Source: Lama glama (lineage: Eukaryota). From it: a DNA stretch of 64,000 nt. The first letter of the stretch is position 1; each line of letters opens with the position of its first letter. The position numbers and the translations under genes were made by a program. Below are positions 25,061-38,300 of this stretch, in pieces. The stretch covers positions 48,114,001 through 48,178,000 of the forward strand of contig CM052817.1 in the NCBI GenBank assembly GCA_028534125.1, read 5' to 3'. Below the pieces are notes generated by a model. It was given only the letters and a program-made list of their open reading frames with translations. It made no database searches and was not told the origin of the DNA.

Positions 25061-26879
25061 AATATCTAAAGGTATTGTGTGTTTATGTCAGAAAGAGCAG
25101 TGTGGGAAATTGCTAGCAAGCAGCCTCCTGTCGGGAAGATAACACTGAAAAGAGGAATCTGGGGAGAAAGTAAGTGGCGGCGATAAGTGGTGGGAGCAAG
25201 TGGGCTGCATTTCTCATACCTGAAAGGAACAAAGAAAGTAGCAAACTGAGATAAAATTTGGAGGTTTAATCAGGAGCAGGCGCTGAGCTCCCGTAACTAC
25301 CGGGGAAGCCACAGCGCACCAGGAGAACGTCTGCATGAGGCAGCATGAGGCCCCGGAGCCAGCTGTCCTGCCTTGGAGCTGCCACCTTTTCCAAATCCTC
25401 ATCTACCTGCTGGAGTGGCTTTACTGAATCTTGGATTCTCAGTGTGGTTTAGGGTTTTCCTGCCAGCAAAGGGGGAAAAAAAATCAATGATGGGGACAGA
25501 TTCTTCCGCAAGAGGGCTGTAATGAGAAAGGGTTTTCTCCTCTCCCATTGCTAATGAAATGATATTGGTATCACCAAAGGACAGAGGAAACAAATCAGCA
25601 CTATGTCCATGAGATTCTTCCCCAATAGTAAGTTACACCAGAAAATACTCTTACTCGATATGAAATTTTTTTCTTCCTTAAATGTGCTTGAACTTATTAC
25701 ATATAATTTAATATTATTTGTTGAGTGATTACTATGTGCAGTTACCATTCGAAACATTTTACATTTATTATCTCATTTAATTTTCATTATCTCTGTTTTA
25801 CAGACATAGAAACTAAGTAGTAAATTATCTTTCCAATTTTTTATTGAAAAAAACTAATGAAAATTGTCATAAAATTGGATTGGGCAAAATTAAATTCATA
25901 ATCTAGGTCCAATTAGATAAACAAAGTCACTTTTCAGTAAAGGGCACCTGTACTCCCAGACCACAGAGGGCGAGGGTTTTCATGGGATAAATGAAGTCAG
26001 GAAAAGACCAGGGACAAATTCATGATGGCTGTGCCTGAATTTCCACAGAGGTAGTGCAAACTGAATCCTCAAATTAAGGTTCTTGGGTCCCTAAGTTGGG
26101 TCTTGTTTATCTTTTGTAAGATTAGACACTACATATCAAAAGTATCTCTTTAAATGCTAAACGATATTTTCAAAAGTCAGATAATCCTGTAAAACATGAC
26201 TTTTTAACACAGAGTTACCTGGTAACCTTGTCAGAAACATCTTGCTAAGTATTTATTCACTGAATACACATTAGGTAGAAGTTTTACTTTCACTTTCTAA
26301 TAAAATACAAACTAAATACATCCTATTTGATTTTTAAATATTACCAAGGAATGTTCCTGGGCTTCAATGTTATTCGTTTATAGTAAACTAAAATAGTACA
26401 GAACTATTATCTAAGTATCTCAGACCAAGGCATTAACTGGAACCAATGAAATTGCCGATAGTCAACTTTATTTTACCCATAAAAAATAGCAATCTCATAT
26501 GATTCAACCTAAAATAATACAAAGAGAAAGAGAGTAGGTGAAGAAAAACCTAACACTAGAGGAAATGAAAACGTACTTGGTTTCTTCATGCAACACTAAC
26601 TCCACAGAAATGCCTCAATTAATACATTGAGAAAATACACCATTGCCTAAAATTTAGTACCTGGCAGACATGTCCACCAGAATTCACAGGTATCTCAGAT
26701 AAGTGGCTATTTCATAGTAATTAACATCTTGGAAGCTAGCCTGACTCTTCCCTGATTTATCACAAATAAAAACGTTTTTCATTTCTTTTTAAAAATATTA
26801 AATCATCTTGCATCTAAAGCCACATCAGGACCCTAAAAAGTAGAGACAGTCTTTAGCCACAGATAGCCAGTGGTGGGCG

Positions 26880-28127
26880 GTAGTGGGTGTGCTGGGAAAT
26901 GTTTGAAAATAAGCTCTGGGGGGAAAATGTGTGTGCTGGGGGCGGTGTGTGTGTGTGTAGTAAACTTTACTGATACAAAAGACGTACAGCACACGTATAA
27001 ATAATAAATATACAATACTGTAAGCTGCACATAGCCAGCTGATTTCTCACAGAATGCATTTGTTGATTTTTACCACCCTTTTATTAGTAGCCAACTTAGG
27101 GTTGCAACTGGCAAACAAGCATAGGTCCAACATCCATGTTGAACGTCCATTATCATATATGTGAGTGAGTAAGGCAAAAGTGAAACAGTGAAGGCGTGTG
27201 TCAGAGTTCACTCAATCGTCAGCAATGTAGGTGACCCCTTTGCTAAAGTGGGTAATAGTTTTTGGATAGTGAAAGAATAATTCCTCAAGTCCTTGCACTA
27301 GTCACATTTTAACAGCTGTTAGGGACTGAATGTTTGTGTTCTCCCAAAACGCATATGTTGAAATCCTAACCCCCAATGTAATGGTATTAGGAGGTGGGGC
27401 ATTGAGGGCAGAGCCTTCATGAATGGAATTAGGACCCTTATAAGAACAAACAGGAGAAAGATGATCAATCTCTCTCCACCATGTGAAGATACAATGAGAA
27501 GGTGACCATCTACAAGCCAAGAAAAGGACCCTCACCAAGAACGACCTTTGTGGCATTTTGATCTTGGACTTCCCAGCCTCCAGGACCATGAGAAATAAAT
27601 CCTTGTTGTTTAAGGTTTATACCAGTCCATGGCAGTGTGTTATGGGAACCCAAGCTAAGACAACGGCTATAGACACTGAATAATCTTAAGGTTTCATCTG
27701 CATTATTGGCATTTTCTCTAACCCTTTTTTAAGTCTAGAAGCAATTGACCGAACAATATATTAAGCCCTGATGTGTAGAGTTTGCTGATTTCTATGGTGT
27801 AGATACTACCGTCATGCCTGATTCCAAGCTTCCAAAATGAGGTCCCTGAATGCAGAGCTGGGAAAAGGTGATGGCAGCACACTGTTTTACAGCATTTCTC
27901 CCACACAGACACAATGCAAGGAAGTAACCTGAAGAGTATAGCCTACAGTAAAACAAGTAGGAGATAATGAATTTTGAAATTATTACCATTGTTTTTAATA
28001 TCATTATTGAACTGCATGTTTATATAATTTAATTTTTAATAGCAGTTGTGTTTAACAACCAGCCATCAAAATTCCTGATAACAACTCACTCTTCTGAGCA
28101 CAAAGAGGTGGCTCCAGCACACCACAG
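26880..28127 (+). mobile_element. hAT-Tip100 (Arthur1-like) DNA transposon, interrupted by an MLT1A LTR
   Basis: Terminal inverted repeats gtgtgctgg...ccagcacaccac; internal ttaagccctgatgtgtag...tttgctgatttc. Confidence 0.7.
27317..27662 (+). mobile_element. MLT1A-type MaLR solo LTR
   Basis: tgttagggactgaatg...ctaagaca termini, 5-bp TSD acagc/acggc. Confidence 0.9.
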
Positions 28128-29407
28128 GGGAATGAGACAATGTCCAATTCGGGAGCGTCTCCATAAATCCCAGCTCTTCACTGCACTGTTGCTGTCATGA
28201 CTAAAGCTGGCAGCATCCTGAGTCTACTTTGCAGCCTACGATAGAAAGCTAAGGCGATCGAGGTTTATTTAGGTTCGTACATGGGAATATTAGAATTTAG
28301 CTCCAACTACAATAGATATAAGATTGATTTATCAAAGTAGTAGCAAAAGTTCTATAATTCTTTTAGAATTTTATCCTGAGAACACTTCATCATTGTTAAA
28401 GATACTAAGTATTTAAGTCCTAACATATAAAGATAACTGTATAAACTTGCAAGTTAAGAACAAGTGCCCCTAGAAAACCAAAAATTTGCCATCTGGTAAT
28501 TTATAATCATGTACCTTGGAGGCACATGAAACTCATTACTACAGAATCTCTCAAAGCCAAATCTTGCCTCTGGATATTTAGAAGGAGTTAGGGAGCACAG
28601 AGGCCAATAATAACATCTTTTAAAAGGCCTAATCATATTCCATGCTTCAGGGTGTAAGCTGATCAGCTGAAGAGCCAAAGGAAAAGAACTGCCTGCTTTT
28701 CCCACCTGCTTTCTCTCCAGCATCTATGGCATTTCACATGTGAGAAGGTGAGTGATGGAGGCAATTCAACTTTCCTCTGAAATACAGAGATCTACTGACA
28801 GGATGAAAGATTGAACAATGAGCAGTATCAACCCACTGGCTGTATTCCACATCCAAATGCCCTCCCCTAAAGCCCAAGATACTGGCCTCCAAGACCCATC
28901 TGTTCCTAATTTCTACTCCAGCTACACGTGCATGAAAACGGAGCTCACCCCATACTGGTAGAAGGCACCCTCACTCGCTCTGCCATGTTCCTACCTCTTC
29001 CCTTTGCAGATATAGCAGTATCTGAAAACAGTGCACACCTTGCTTCCTTATACTACCACCAACTTAATGAGAAAAAAATAAATCTCCAAATCACAAAATT
29101 TCACTCAGTGTGAGAAAGAGGATAATAAAGATTAAAAAACAGACTTGTACCATAATGGCCATAATTTTTAAAATGAGTTGTTTTTAAAATTATTGTTTGT
29201 GACATCAGTTTTAACAAATGGTTTATCCCATAACACTTCCAGCCATTGAACTCTTCAAAATGCAATTTAAAATAAATTAGTAAAACAGGAAATACACAAA
29301 AACCAAAACATTCCTAGTCAGCAGTAATATTCTAGGTAATGGGAGAAACATCAAATTGTTGTAGGAACGAGTCTTCCTTTTGTGAATGTGTTTTATAAAG
29401 AGTATTT

Positions 29408-29435
29408 GGGGGGGTTGAGGGCATGGTCATTAGAT

Positions 29436-29484
<49 letters not shown>

Positions 29485-29568
29485 GCAAAGGTTCTGGGGA
29501 TCGAACCCAGGACCTTGTGCATGCTATGCGCACACTCTACCACTGAGCTATACCCTCACCTCACTGCC
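29408..29568 (-). mobile_element. tRNA-derived SINE of camelid (Vic-1-like) type
   Basis: Minus strand gagggtatagctcagtggtagag (A box)...gggttcgatcccc (B box), (AAAT)n tail, 13-bp TSD ataaagagYattt at 29395-29407 and 29569-29581. Confidence 0.88.
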
Positions 29569-30785
29569 ATAAAGAGCATTTTTATTAATTATTTATTTGT
29601 AACCTGTTGTGCTTTAAAAAAAAAAGTAGCAACTAAATCAATGTAAGAGTCACTCAATAAAATTGAACTTTTCACTTGGTTCTGCTTAATGACTAAACAC
29701 TCATGAAAAAACAACATGGAATGGTTCCAAAATATAGCAAAGTTTGCTAATAGTAAGCTCACTCCCAGCCAACTATTAATTTTAATATTAAAGTCAGAAA
29801 ACCCAATTTCCAGAAATGGAGCGACTGAGTTAGAATTCAGTTTATACAGTTCACTTAGTCTACCTTTTCTGTGACATGTTATATACTATTCTGAAAGTGC
29901 ATCTGAGAACAATGAATTAAGATGCTCCCTTAGCTCCTCATTTCTCTTAATACTAAAATGACTGGGGCTGGAATGAGAGCGACCTAGTTTTACAAGCCCA
30001 ATGCTTAGCAATTCTTTCTCCCATGCCTTCATTTTCCATACCTCATGGAAATTAACTTCTCCCTTCTCAGACTGCACCCAGTCATGAAATTTATTTGAAA
30101 CAAAGACAATGACACAGAAGACAGACATTTTATAAGAAATTCTGGTAAATGCGAGAGTATAAATAAAACACTGTGCCTTTCCTATTGCTATATAAGGGGG
30201 TGAATATTCTACCTTGAATAATTATTCTCCCATCTAACTATCAGTATCATATAACGAAAGAGCAGATTGTTTTTTAAGTAGTAAAAATAATACTGACCCT
30301 TACTTTGATGAATAATCACTTATAGGCTGGACATCATCTCCTATATCAAGCAAACACTTCATGATAAGAGATTTCAGAGTATTTATCACATCTTAGTCTG
30401 TCCTCCCAATTCTGATAAACCACCATGTCAAAAGCATATTCCTTGGTGTGCTCAATAATCTACAAGTTTGCTGAGTCATTGGAAACATCCAGCTGTTTCA
30501 TCACAGCGTCATTACGCAACCATTTCAATCACAATAGACATGCATGGAACAAGCAAGGCATCTTGGCATTTGCAGCCTACAGTGACTGCTGAAATCCTTC
30601 CAACAGGACTGCAAACCTGCCCAGTTGGATAAAAAGTGTCATGAGGAAATAGCTGTGGCATATGAACTTGAGAAAAGAAGAAACAAGAAGAGAGGTTTTA
30701 AAAAAAAGAGAAAAGATGATGAGAGGTGGCGTAAAGGTAAGTGAGGTGAGAGAGAGAGAGCAGCAGCCAGGTGGCCCTGCATTAC

Positions 30786-30812
30786 CATTATCAGGGTTGG
30801 TAAACATCCTAC
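30786..30812 (-). other. SLC4A4: Cassette I (27 nt, RMFTNPDNG), removed through an internal donor in NBCe1-D/E
   Basis: GCAA|gtagga with GT at 30812-30811, exactly 27 nt upstream of the normal donor. The 9-aa cassette is established for NBCe1-D/E. Confidence 0.85.
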
Positions 30813-30965
30813 TTGCACTGGAGACTGTCTTCCCAATGTCAGCCAGGGAGCGAAGGTTGGACTTCTTGGTTTGATGCCGGTGCTTCCGGAGCAAAGTATA
30901 GGTCACCTTATCCTTAAGGTCGGGTTTCAATAGGCCTGTCTCAATCTGATGGTCAACAATCATCT
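30786..30965 (-). CDS. SLC4A4: SLC4A4 exon 6 (180 nt): [60 protein letters not shown](G)
   Basis: Acceptor ttttgtatcag|AG, donor AAT G|gtaatg, phase 1-1; matches NBCe1. Confidence 0.98.
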
Positions 30966-31719
30966 CTGATACAAAAACAAAGCAAAACAAAAGCAAAAAG
31001 AAACTCAGTCACAAGACCACGAAGTTAAGTTTTTACCCTAACTTTACGAATGTCATCCTCAAAATTAATATCGAGGTACTATTTTCCAAATTTCCAACTT
31101 TCCACTTTCTGTGAAGGTAAAGATACAGGGTATAGGTATACTGACGTTAAAGAGAGAGTATTTAATTACATATTTACAGAGGAAGAAATGCCTTGTAAAT
31201 TTTTAAGTCCCAGTTAATAGTAAATTCACATTAATCACATTCTTCTATGGGCAACACAATGTCAGTAATTTAAATTTTTCAATTTTTTTTTTAAAGGGGA
31301 GATTAGAAAATGTCATGTATTCCAACACAGCAAAATGCCAGAAATACAAATGACATGAAAATTCTTCAAGAGAATATGTAAAATTTAACATCATGACATT
31401 ATCAATTTTTAAATCTATTTTCCGAAATTCTTCTGTAATATATCATCTTTACAACAAGAAAAAGGAAAATACACCTTTCCCCATATCAGGTTATCTGAAT
31501 ACCAGTTAATCCAATGAAAGAAAGACTAAAGTACAAAATTATGCCTTAGTCATTTCTAAGAAGGGGGCTTATTCTCATTTAGATCCGACTAAAGCCTTTC
31601 CAATATATTTTATTAGTCATTTTAAACTATAACCTGGCCAGAATTTTGGAGAAATTTTAATATGTCAGTCTTACTACAAAAAAAAAAAATTTCAATTAGG
31701 CCTGGACCACTTTCTCAGA

Positions 31720-32543
31720 CTACTTACAAAAATAAACTCAGAATGGGTTAAAGACTTAAGTGTAAGACCTGAAACCATAAAACTCATGGAAAAAAAAAAT
31801 AGGCAGTACACTCTCTGACATCAGTCTTAGCAATATTTTTTTAGATCTGTCTCCTCAGGCAAAGGCAATAAAAGCACAAATAAACAAATGGAACTACATC
31901 AAACTAAAAAGCTTTTGCACATCAAAGGAAACCATCAAAAAAAACAAAAAGAGAACCTACTGAATGGGAAACGATATTTAAAAATGGTATATTCAATAAG
32001 GGCTTAATATTTAAAATACATAAAGAACTCACACATCTCAATATAAAAAAAAAATAAGCAATTCAATTTAAAAATGGGCAGAGGATCTGAATAGACATTT
32101 TTCCAAAGAAGACATACAGATGGCCAACAGACACATGAAAAGAGTCTCAACATTACTAATCATCAGGCAAATGCAAATCAAAACCAGTGAGATATCACCT
32201 CACACTTGTCAGAATAGCTATCATCAAAAAGACAACAAGTAACAAGTGTTGGTGAGGATGTGGAGAAAAGGGACCCTCATGCACTGTTAAGTAGGAATGT
32301 AAACTGGTGCAGCCACTATGGAAAACAGCATAGAGGTTCCCCAAAAGATCAGAAATTGAAAGACCATGCAATCCAGCAATTCCATTTTTAGGTATGTAGA
32401 CAAAGAAAATAAAAACACTAATTCAAAAAGATGTATGCATCCCTATGTTCATTGAAGCATTGCAGCCAAGATATGGAGACAACCTAAGCTCATACTGACA
32501 GATGAATGGATAAAACAGATGTGTGTGTGTGTGTGTGTGTGTG

Positions 32544-32583
<40 letters not shown>

Positions 32584-33058
32584 GGAGTATTACTCAGCCA
32601 TAAAAAGAATGAAATCTTGCCATTTGTAACAACATGGATGGATCTAGAGGGTATTACACTAAGTGAAATAAGTCAGACAGGAAAAGACATACCAAATAAT
32701 TCCACTTATATGTGGAAACTACAAAACAAATGAACAAACAAAACAGAAACAGACCCATAGATACAGAGAACAAACTGGCAGTCACCAGCGGGGAGGAGGT
32801 AACAGGGTGGACAAAATGGGTGAAGGGGATTAATGGGCACAAAATTCCAGTTGTAAAATAAGTAAGTCATGAGCTGTAATGTACAGTGCAGGGAATACTG
32901 TCAATAATATTTTATTAACTTTGTATGGTGACAGTTATTAGACTTTCAGTAGTGATCAGCTCATAATGTATATAAATGCCAATTCACTATGTTGTACACC
33001 TGAAATCAATACATTGTATGCCAACTATGTTTCAATGAAAAATAATAAAATAAAACAG
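31720..33058 (+). mobile_element. 5'-truncated L1 (L1MA9-like): disrupted ORF2 C-terminus, 3'UTR and polyA
   Basis: aaactaaaaagcttttgcac, gaatagacatttttccaaagaagacatacagatggccaac, ILPFVTTWMDLEGITLSEISQ remnant. Confidence 0.93.
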
Positions 33059-34719
33059 CCTTAAAAAATCTTTTCTGAAAAATTTCTAATGTCACATCAC
33101 AGGTCGACATTTCCTCTGTTCAGAATGGGGCTCAGGACAAAATATCACAGAATCTGTGCAAGGTATTCAACGGCAGGACAACAGCTCACGACGTGCAGGC
33201 AGAGCTTTTGCCCCTGGCGTAGAACCAGAACAACGCATCCAGGGCTCACTGTTGGAGGCACATGGGTGCATCAAGCACACATCAGTATCTTCCTCTCGGG
33301 CAAACTTCTCTGTATACAAAGGTGGAGAAGAAAACAAAAGCTCTTCTTTTCCAAAAGTCTGACAAGAAAACTGATGGGGACTGATAGGATAACAGCAGCT
33401 CCAAACCACTCCCATCTCTTCCCACTGGCATTTATATATGTTATGAACTGTTCACCGTGGTAAGTCTAGTAACTGTCTGTCACCATTCAAAGTCATTATA
33501 ATATTATTGACAGCGGTTCAAGGAGCTTTGCTTGGGCATGATGGCGCCTCTCAGAAGTCCATCTTTCTAACACTCACAGAACTGGTCTCAAAGCCCATAG
33601 CTAGAAGCTGACGATTTACAACATACACAGTCGGCTACCTGGGAGTCAAGCAGAGGCTGAATCCAGGACTTCCCATCACATTGCCTCACTGACAACAGAT
33701 GCCGTAAATGTCACATAACACTGGACCACTTAGTAGAGAGCCTGAGCAAGGCAGGAAGAGTTACTCCCATAGGAATGTTTTGGTTTGAGAGTGGCCTTTA
33801 GCTCTGAGCATTTTTAATTACAGAAACCCTACTCAGTAAAACTCTCAGAATGGACCCTGTAATTATAATTAACCCCTTGTTCCACAGAAAAATAATTAAG
33901 TGCTACCAAACACAATCCCTCCACTTTCCCTTTAAGTCTTAATCAATGTGGGAAATCCATTTTACAAGATCATGAAAATAAACAAACAGCCCCAGCCTGT
34001 CAGCTGCAAGTGTTATCAAACACCTACTCTAATTCGAGGCTTGTGGATTAAAATGTTTCTTATCTACCCTTCCTGGCAGGGCCTCCCTCTATTCTCTCCC
34101 TCCTTGTAATCTCCAGCCAATCCGTATATATGCACAGCCGGATCTGTGACTGATGCCTGGAAATCACCAGTGAGCACAGGTGAAAACACCTGCGTGGTTT
34201 ATGCCCTTCATTAAGTTTCCATAAACATGGCGCACATTACAGGGATCACTTTAAGCATAAACTACAAAACTTTGCAAGGAAAGTGAAGGCAGTAACATTT
34301 CACAGCTACACTGAGATTAAGCCTTCAGTGTTCAAAATCCCACAGACACTACCAGCGGGGAAAGAAAGCGCCAGCTCTGGAGGGTCACAGAGCTGAAAGG
34401 AATCTCAGGAAGGACCAGACTCAATCCCTTGTTACATAGCTGCAAAAAGAGCATGAGAGGGGAGACCAGCTCACAGGTAAGCCCCAGTTAGAGGCTACCC
34501 GCTCTGCCTCCGGCATTAAGCCAGGTTTTCTGATTCAGTTTAGATCTTCTTCCCATCATACAATACTTTTCTTTCTTTAAAAAGGAAACCCGAGACCAAA
34601 AAAAATTTGGAGAGAGATGGTCATGCAACCAAAAAACAAGGTCAAAGTCGACAAATGTTCTTAAAAGAAATAACAAAGGCCCAATAAATATTCAACTTCA
34701 AGACTAACACACAATTTAA

Positions 34720-35320
34720 ACAAATTTATAGAAATTTAACCAATTATATCTGTTAATCTATCAAAGTGGCAAAATTTAAGACTAGTCCTCAGTGATGTGA
34801 ACACTGTATGCAAGAGGCAAGGCTGTATACTGATAATGACAGAAATAGCCAGTACAACGTTTCTTGAAGGCCACTTGGCCAATAAAGAACAAAGCCCTTT
34901 CAAATGTTCAAACCCTTTGAACATTTCATCTTTAGAAATCTATAATCAAGAAGTAATCTATTTCATGCACATATACACCAAAAAACCCCAGTAATGTTTA
35001 TTTCTTTCCTTTCTAATAAAAACCTGAAGGCAATTTAAATGCCCAATTATAGATTATTGACTATTTTGCAGCCATTAAAATGATATTTATATTTAATAAT
35101 ATGGAAATATTCATGTTTTTAGGTTTAAAAGGCCAGATAGAGGGTTATATAGCCTGATCCCATTTTGTAAAATAAATCTCATATGTGTAAACAGAGATGT
35201 ACAGAAAACTTCTGGCAGGTTAGCTCTGAAAGATAAGATTAGAGGTATTTTGACTTTTGTAGGTTATATTTTTCTGCATTACTAAAAATGGACATATTTT
35301 AGTTTCGTGATAAAAAAGTT
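34720..35320 (+). mobile_element. Old L1 (L1ME-like) 3' fragment
   Basis: Degenerate L1 3' motifs (aatttaaatgcccaat, tgcagccattaaaa); boundaries approximate. Confidence 0.5.
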
Positions 35321-38300
35321 TACCATTTCGAAAATACAAAAGGTGTTAAAAGCAAGAAACAACATGACTAACACATCTGCCAACATGCACAGCTCAGGAA
35401 TGCCTTTAAATATAAAAATGAGAATTCCAAAAATAGACCTACATTTTCCTAATCCATTTCACATCATAATAAAGTACCTGAAATGGCTTATAAATTTTTT
35501 TTTAACTCAGGAAGGGAGGAAAACTCCCTTGTACTTGGCTTCGTATATGAATGGCACCCTTTAAATGTAAAACTATAATATGATAGCAATAATAAAGCTA
35601 TCAAAATAACCCATAAAAGTGATGTTTTATCCTGTAAATAAAAAAATTTTCTATTAGCGTTCAGAAAGGGAGCTTCATGAAGAAAACTAGGAGAGGTCCT
35701 GAGGAGAATCAGAATAGGGCTGAATTTTTTATACAAGTGTGAGAAGTGACATCCGCTGAAGCAGGGGCCCACTACTCGTGGTCCCCACGTGGTGGTAGTT
35801 TTGCACCTGTAGAGGGAGGGGCCCCTCGGGCAGGCCACTGAGAAGGAATAGCAGGTGGACTGCAAAGAAAAACAGAAATCATGCCATCGTTCATTTGATA
35901 TAGTCACACTCGCCATGATTTCTTTTTCTTCTCATTTGTTGAAATAAAACTGGGGTGAAGGGGTAATGCATCATAAGACTTAGATGCACAGAATTCTCAA
36001 CTCGGAATTAACAGCGCCCTTCACGAGACAACTTCCCTTCACCCTTTGCTAGAAAAATATTTTTTTAATCAACAAATAATGATAGTTGCTCATCAAGTTA
36101 CCATTTTTGGTCACCTGAAATAAAGGCATTCTCTTTTTTTTGCATGTTTTTTAACCTGCTGTAAGGTTTTGATTCTTTCAGAGGATTTTTAAGCATTGCT
36201 TTTCAGTCACTTACACTCACTCAAACACACTCTTCTCCCTGCTCCTCCAAATGTGGTCCATTTTTCTTTCTTTCTTTGTTTTGCTTGTATCGTGTGTTAT
36301 TTGCCTCTGAACTGTTTTTCTGCATTATCAGCTCCAGAATGACAACGCTGACTCTCTGCCTGCTTGCCTTGGGGGTGGCAGAGCAAACTCAGTACTGCGT
36401 GATGATGCCTCAAAGTGACCTAGTGGTGTCCAAGTTTAAACCTTAATGACATTATTAAAGTAAACGCATGCTGGTTAGAGGAAAAAGCCACAGCTGATAA
36501 TAAGAAATAATGAAAACTAAAGTGTGAATGTAAAATGCTTGACAAATTTTTCTTAAATGTAATACTCTCCCTTTCTTTGGTCATTGGCTAATGAGTTTCC
36601 AGTATAATGTGGGACTCTGTCTTCTACCACATGGAAAGGGTCGGCTAGTTACCAAAGATCAGAAACTCCTTAAGGTAGCTCTTTCTGGTGCTGAAGATCC
36701 CACAGACAGTTTACAGAAAAGCCCAAGGATATCAATTGACTTTAACTTGGGTCACCCTTGTTGACCAGCTCCAGGCACAGCAAAGAAGCTGTGAAGCTGT
36801 TTCTAGCTCCATCCACTGCACCTTTCAGAATCTTTTCTCCTGCTGGTGAAGTCCCTGAGCATCTCTCTACCTGACCCAGTCTGTACTCTGCCCCCACTAG
36901 GTGACATGTAGAAAGATCTGGATGAACTCATTTATACTGGGATAGTCATGGAAGGAAGGAACAGTTACAGCTGAGGTCCTCATTCAATTCTCACAACAAC
37001 CCTGAGAGGTCTACCTTCATCCACATTCTACAGGTGAGAAACAGAGACTGCTAAAGGGTTAGGTAACGCCCCTTGTCCATAGCCGTAGACTTTAACCACC
37101 CTGTCAACTTTAAACGCACCGCTCTTTCTATACCACCACTCTGCATCTCATGGGCTGAAGATGCCAGAGAGTATGTACATTTTCATAGAGAGCAAACCCT
37201 GGGCTCAGTGAAATGAACTTCCAAATGGTGGAATTTCAGGAAGCAACCATGGTATACGACAGGCCTTTTTCTTTTCTATGTAGGAAACTTTCTGGTGACC
37301 CTCAAGCCACAACACATACTCTCTCCCTAGACTCCCTATTACGTTGCCCCATCACCAGTCTAATTTTGACTTTGCCCTGCGTTTATGCACTTCTGACTTC
37401 TAACTTGAGACGTCTTTACCCCAGGTTAGTTTTTAAAGTCTGAAAACATAGAAATTGCAATTCTCATTCAAGAACTGGACTGATTTTTGCTAACCAGGAT
37501 ACTTTTTTGGGTAACAATCTCTCTCACAGATTTTAACAAATGAAGAAAAGTCAGTGAAACAAATTGCCTGGGAAACCATTGCTCCCCTTTGCTTCTCGGT
37601 CTCTGCAGCTGGGCTTCACCTTCCCTGGGTACAGTCACCCAGGACCTCTCCTCACACATCAAGCATCCATTTTCCACCTCACCTGTGTTGTCGAACATGA
37701 AAAATTCTACAAAGAGCAGTATTTCCTACATTATCTTCTCACTGTCCATGTGGATGTGGATTTGTAACTCATCCCATTTACAAAGTGGTGGATTTGCAAA
37801 TTTAATTCCAGGGCCTAGAATAGAGTCTGGCATACTGTAGACGCTCATGCACCGTTGCTGAGTAAATGTATGACCTAATTAATTCTGGCCACTCAGCATC
37901 TTCACGTTAGTCTTCCCTTCTCCACTTGCACCTTAAGCATCTCTGATGCACGGACAGTATGGGGCTTCTTTGCAAATCTAACTAACAAGCTTTCTGAAGA
38001 AAAACTGGATATGTATAAGTAAACAAGACATATGCCTGATGTGAGAACTAATCTTCTCTTCCAATACAAATGCTGTAGCCTTCCCATGGTCTATAAGGAC
38101 ACAGATGCCACAGACAAACTCTGCCTACAGCTACTCAATGAAATTTTGAAACTACACAGGAATTTTACATGGGTCAGTGGGGCCATGATCCACATTCTCT
38201 TCCCACAGTCCCAAAGCAGGCACATTGCAGACCCCTTAAGAAAGTGTGGTCATTCCTACAGGTCCAGTGGTCAGTGAGTCATGGAACTGTCCTAGGACCA

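Noticed and set aside
29485..29560. tRNA gene
   Set aside because: tRNA-like head with an A-rich tail and TSD identifies it as a SINE.
30577..30996. 139-aa ORF (and similarly 39055-39381)
   Set aside because: SLC4A4 exons extended into flanking intron, not separate genes.
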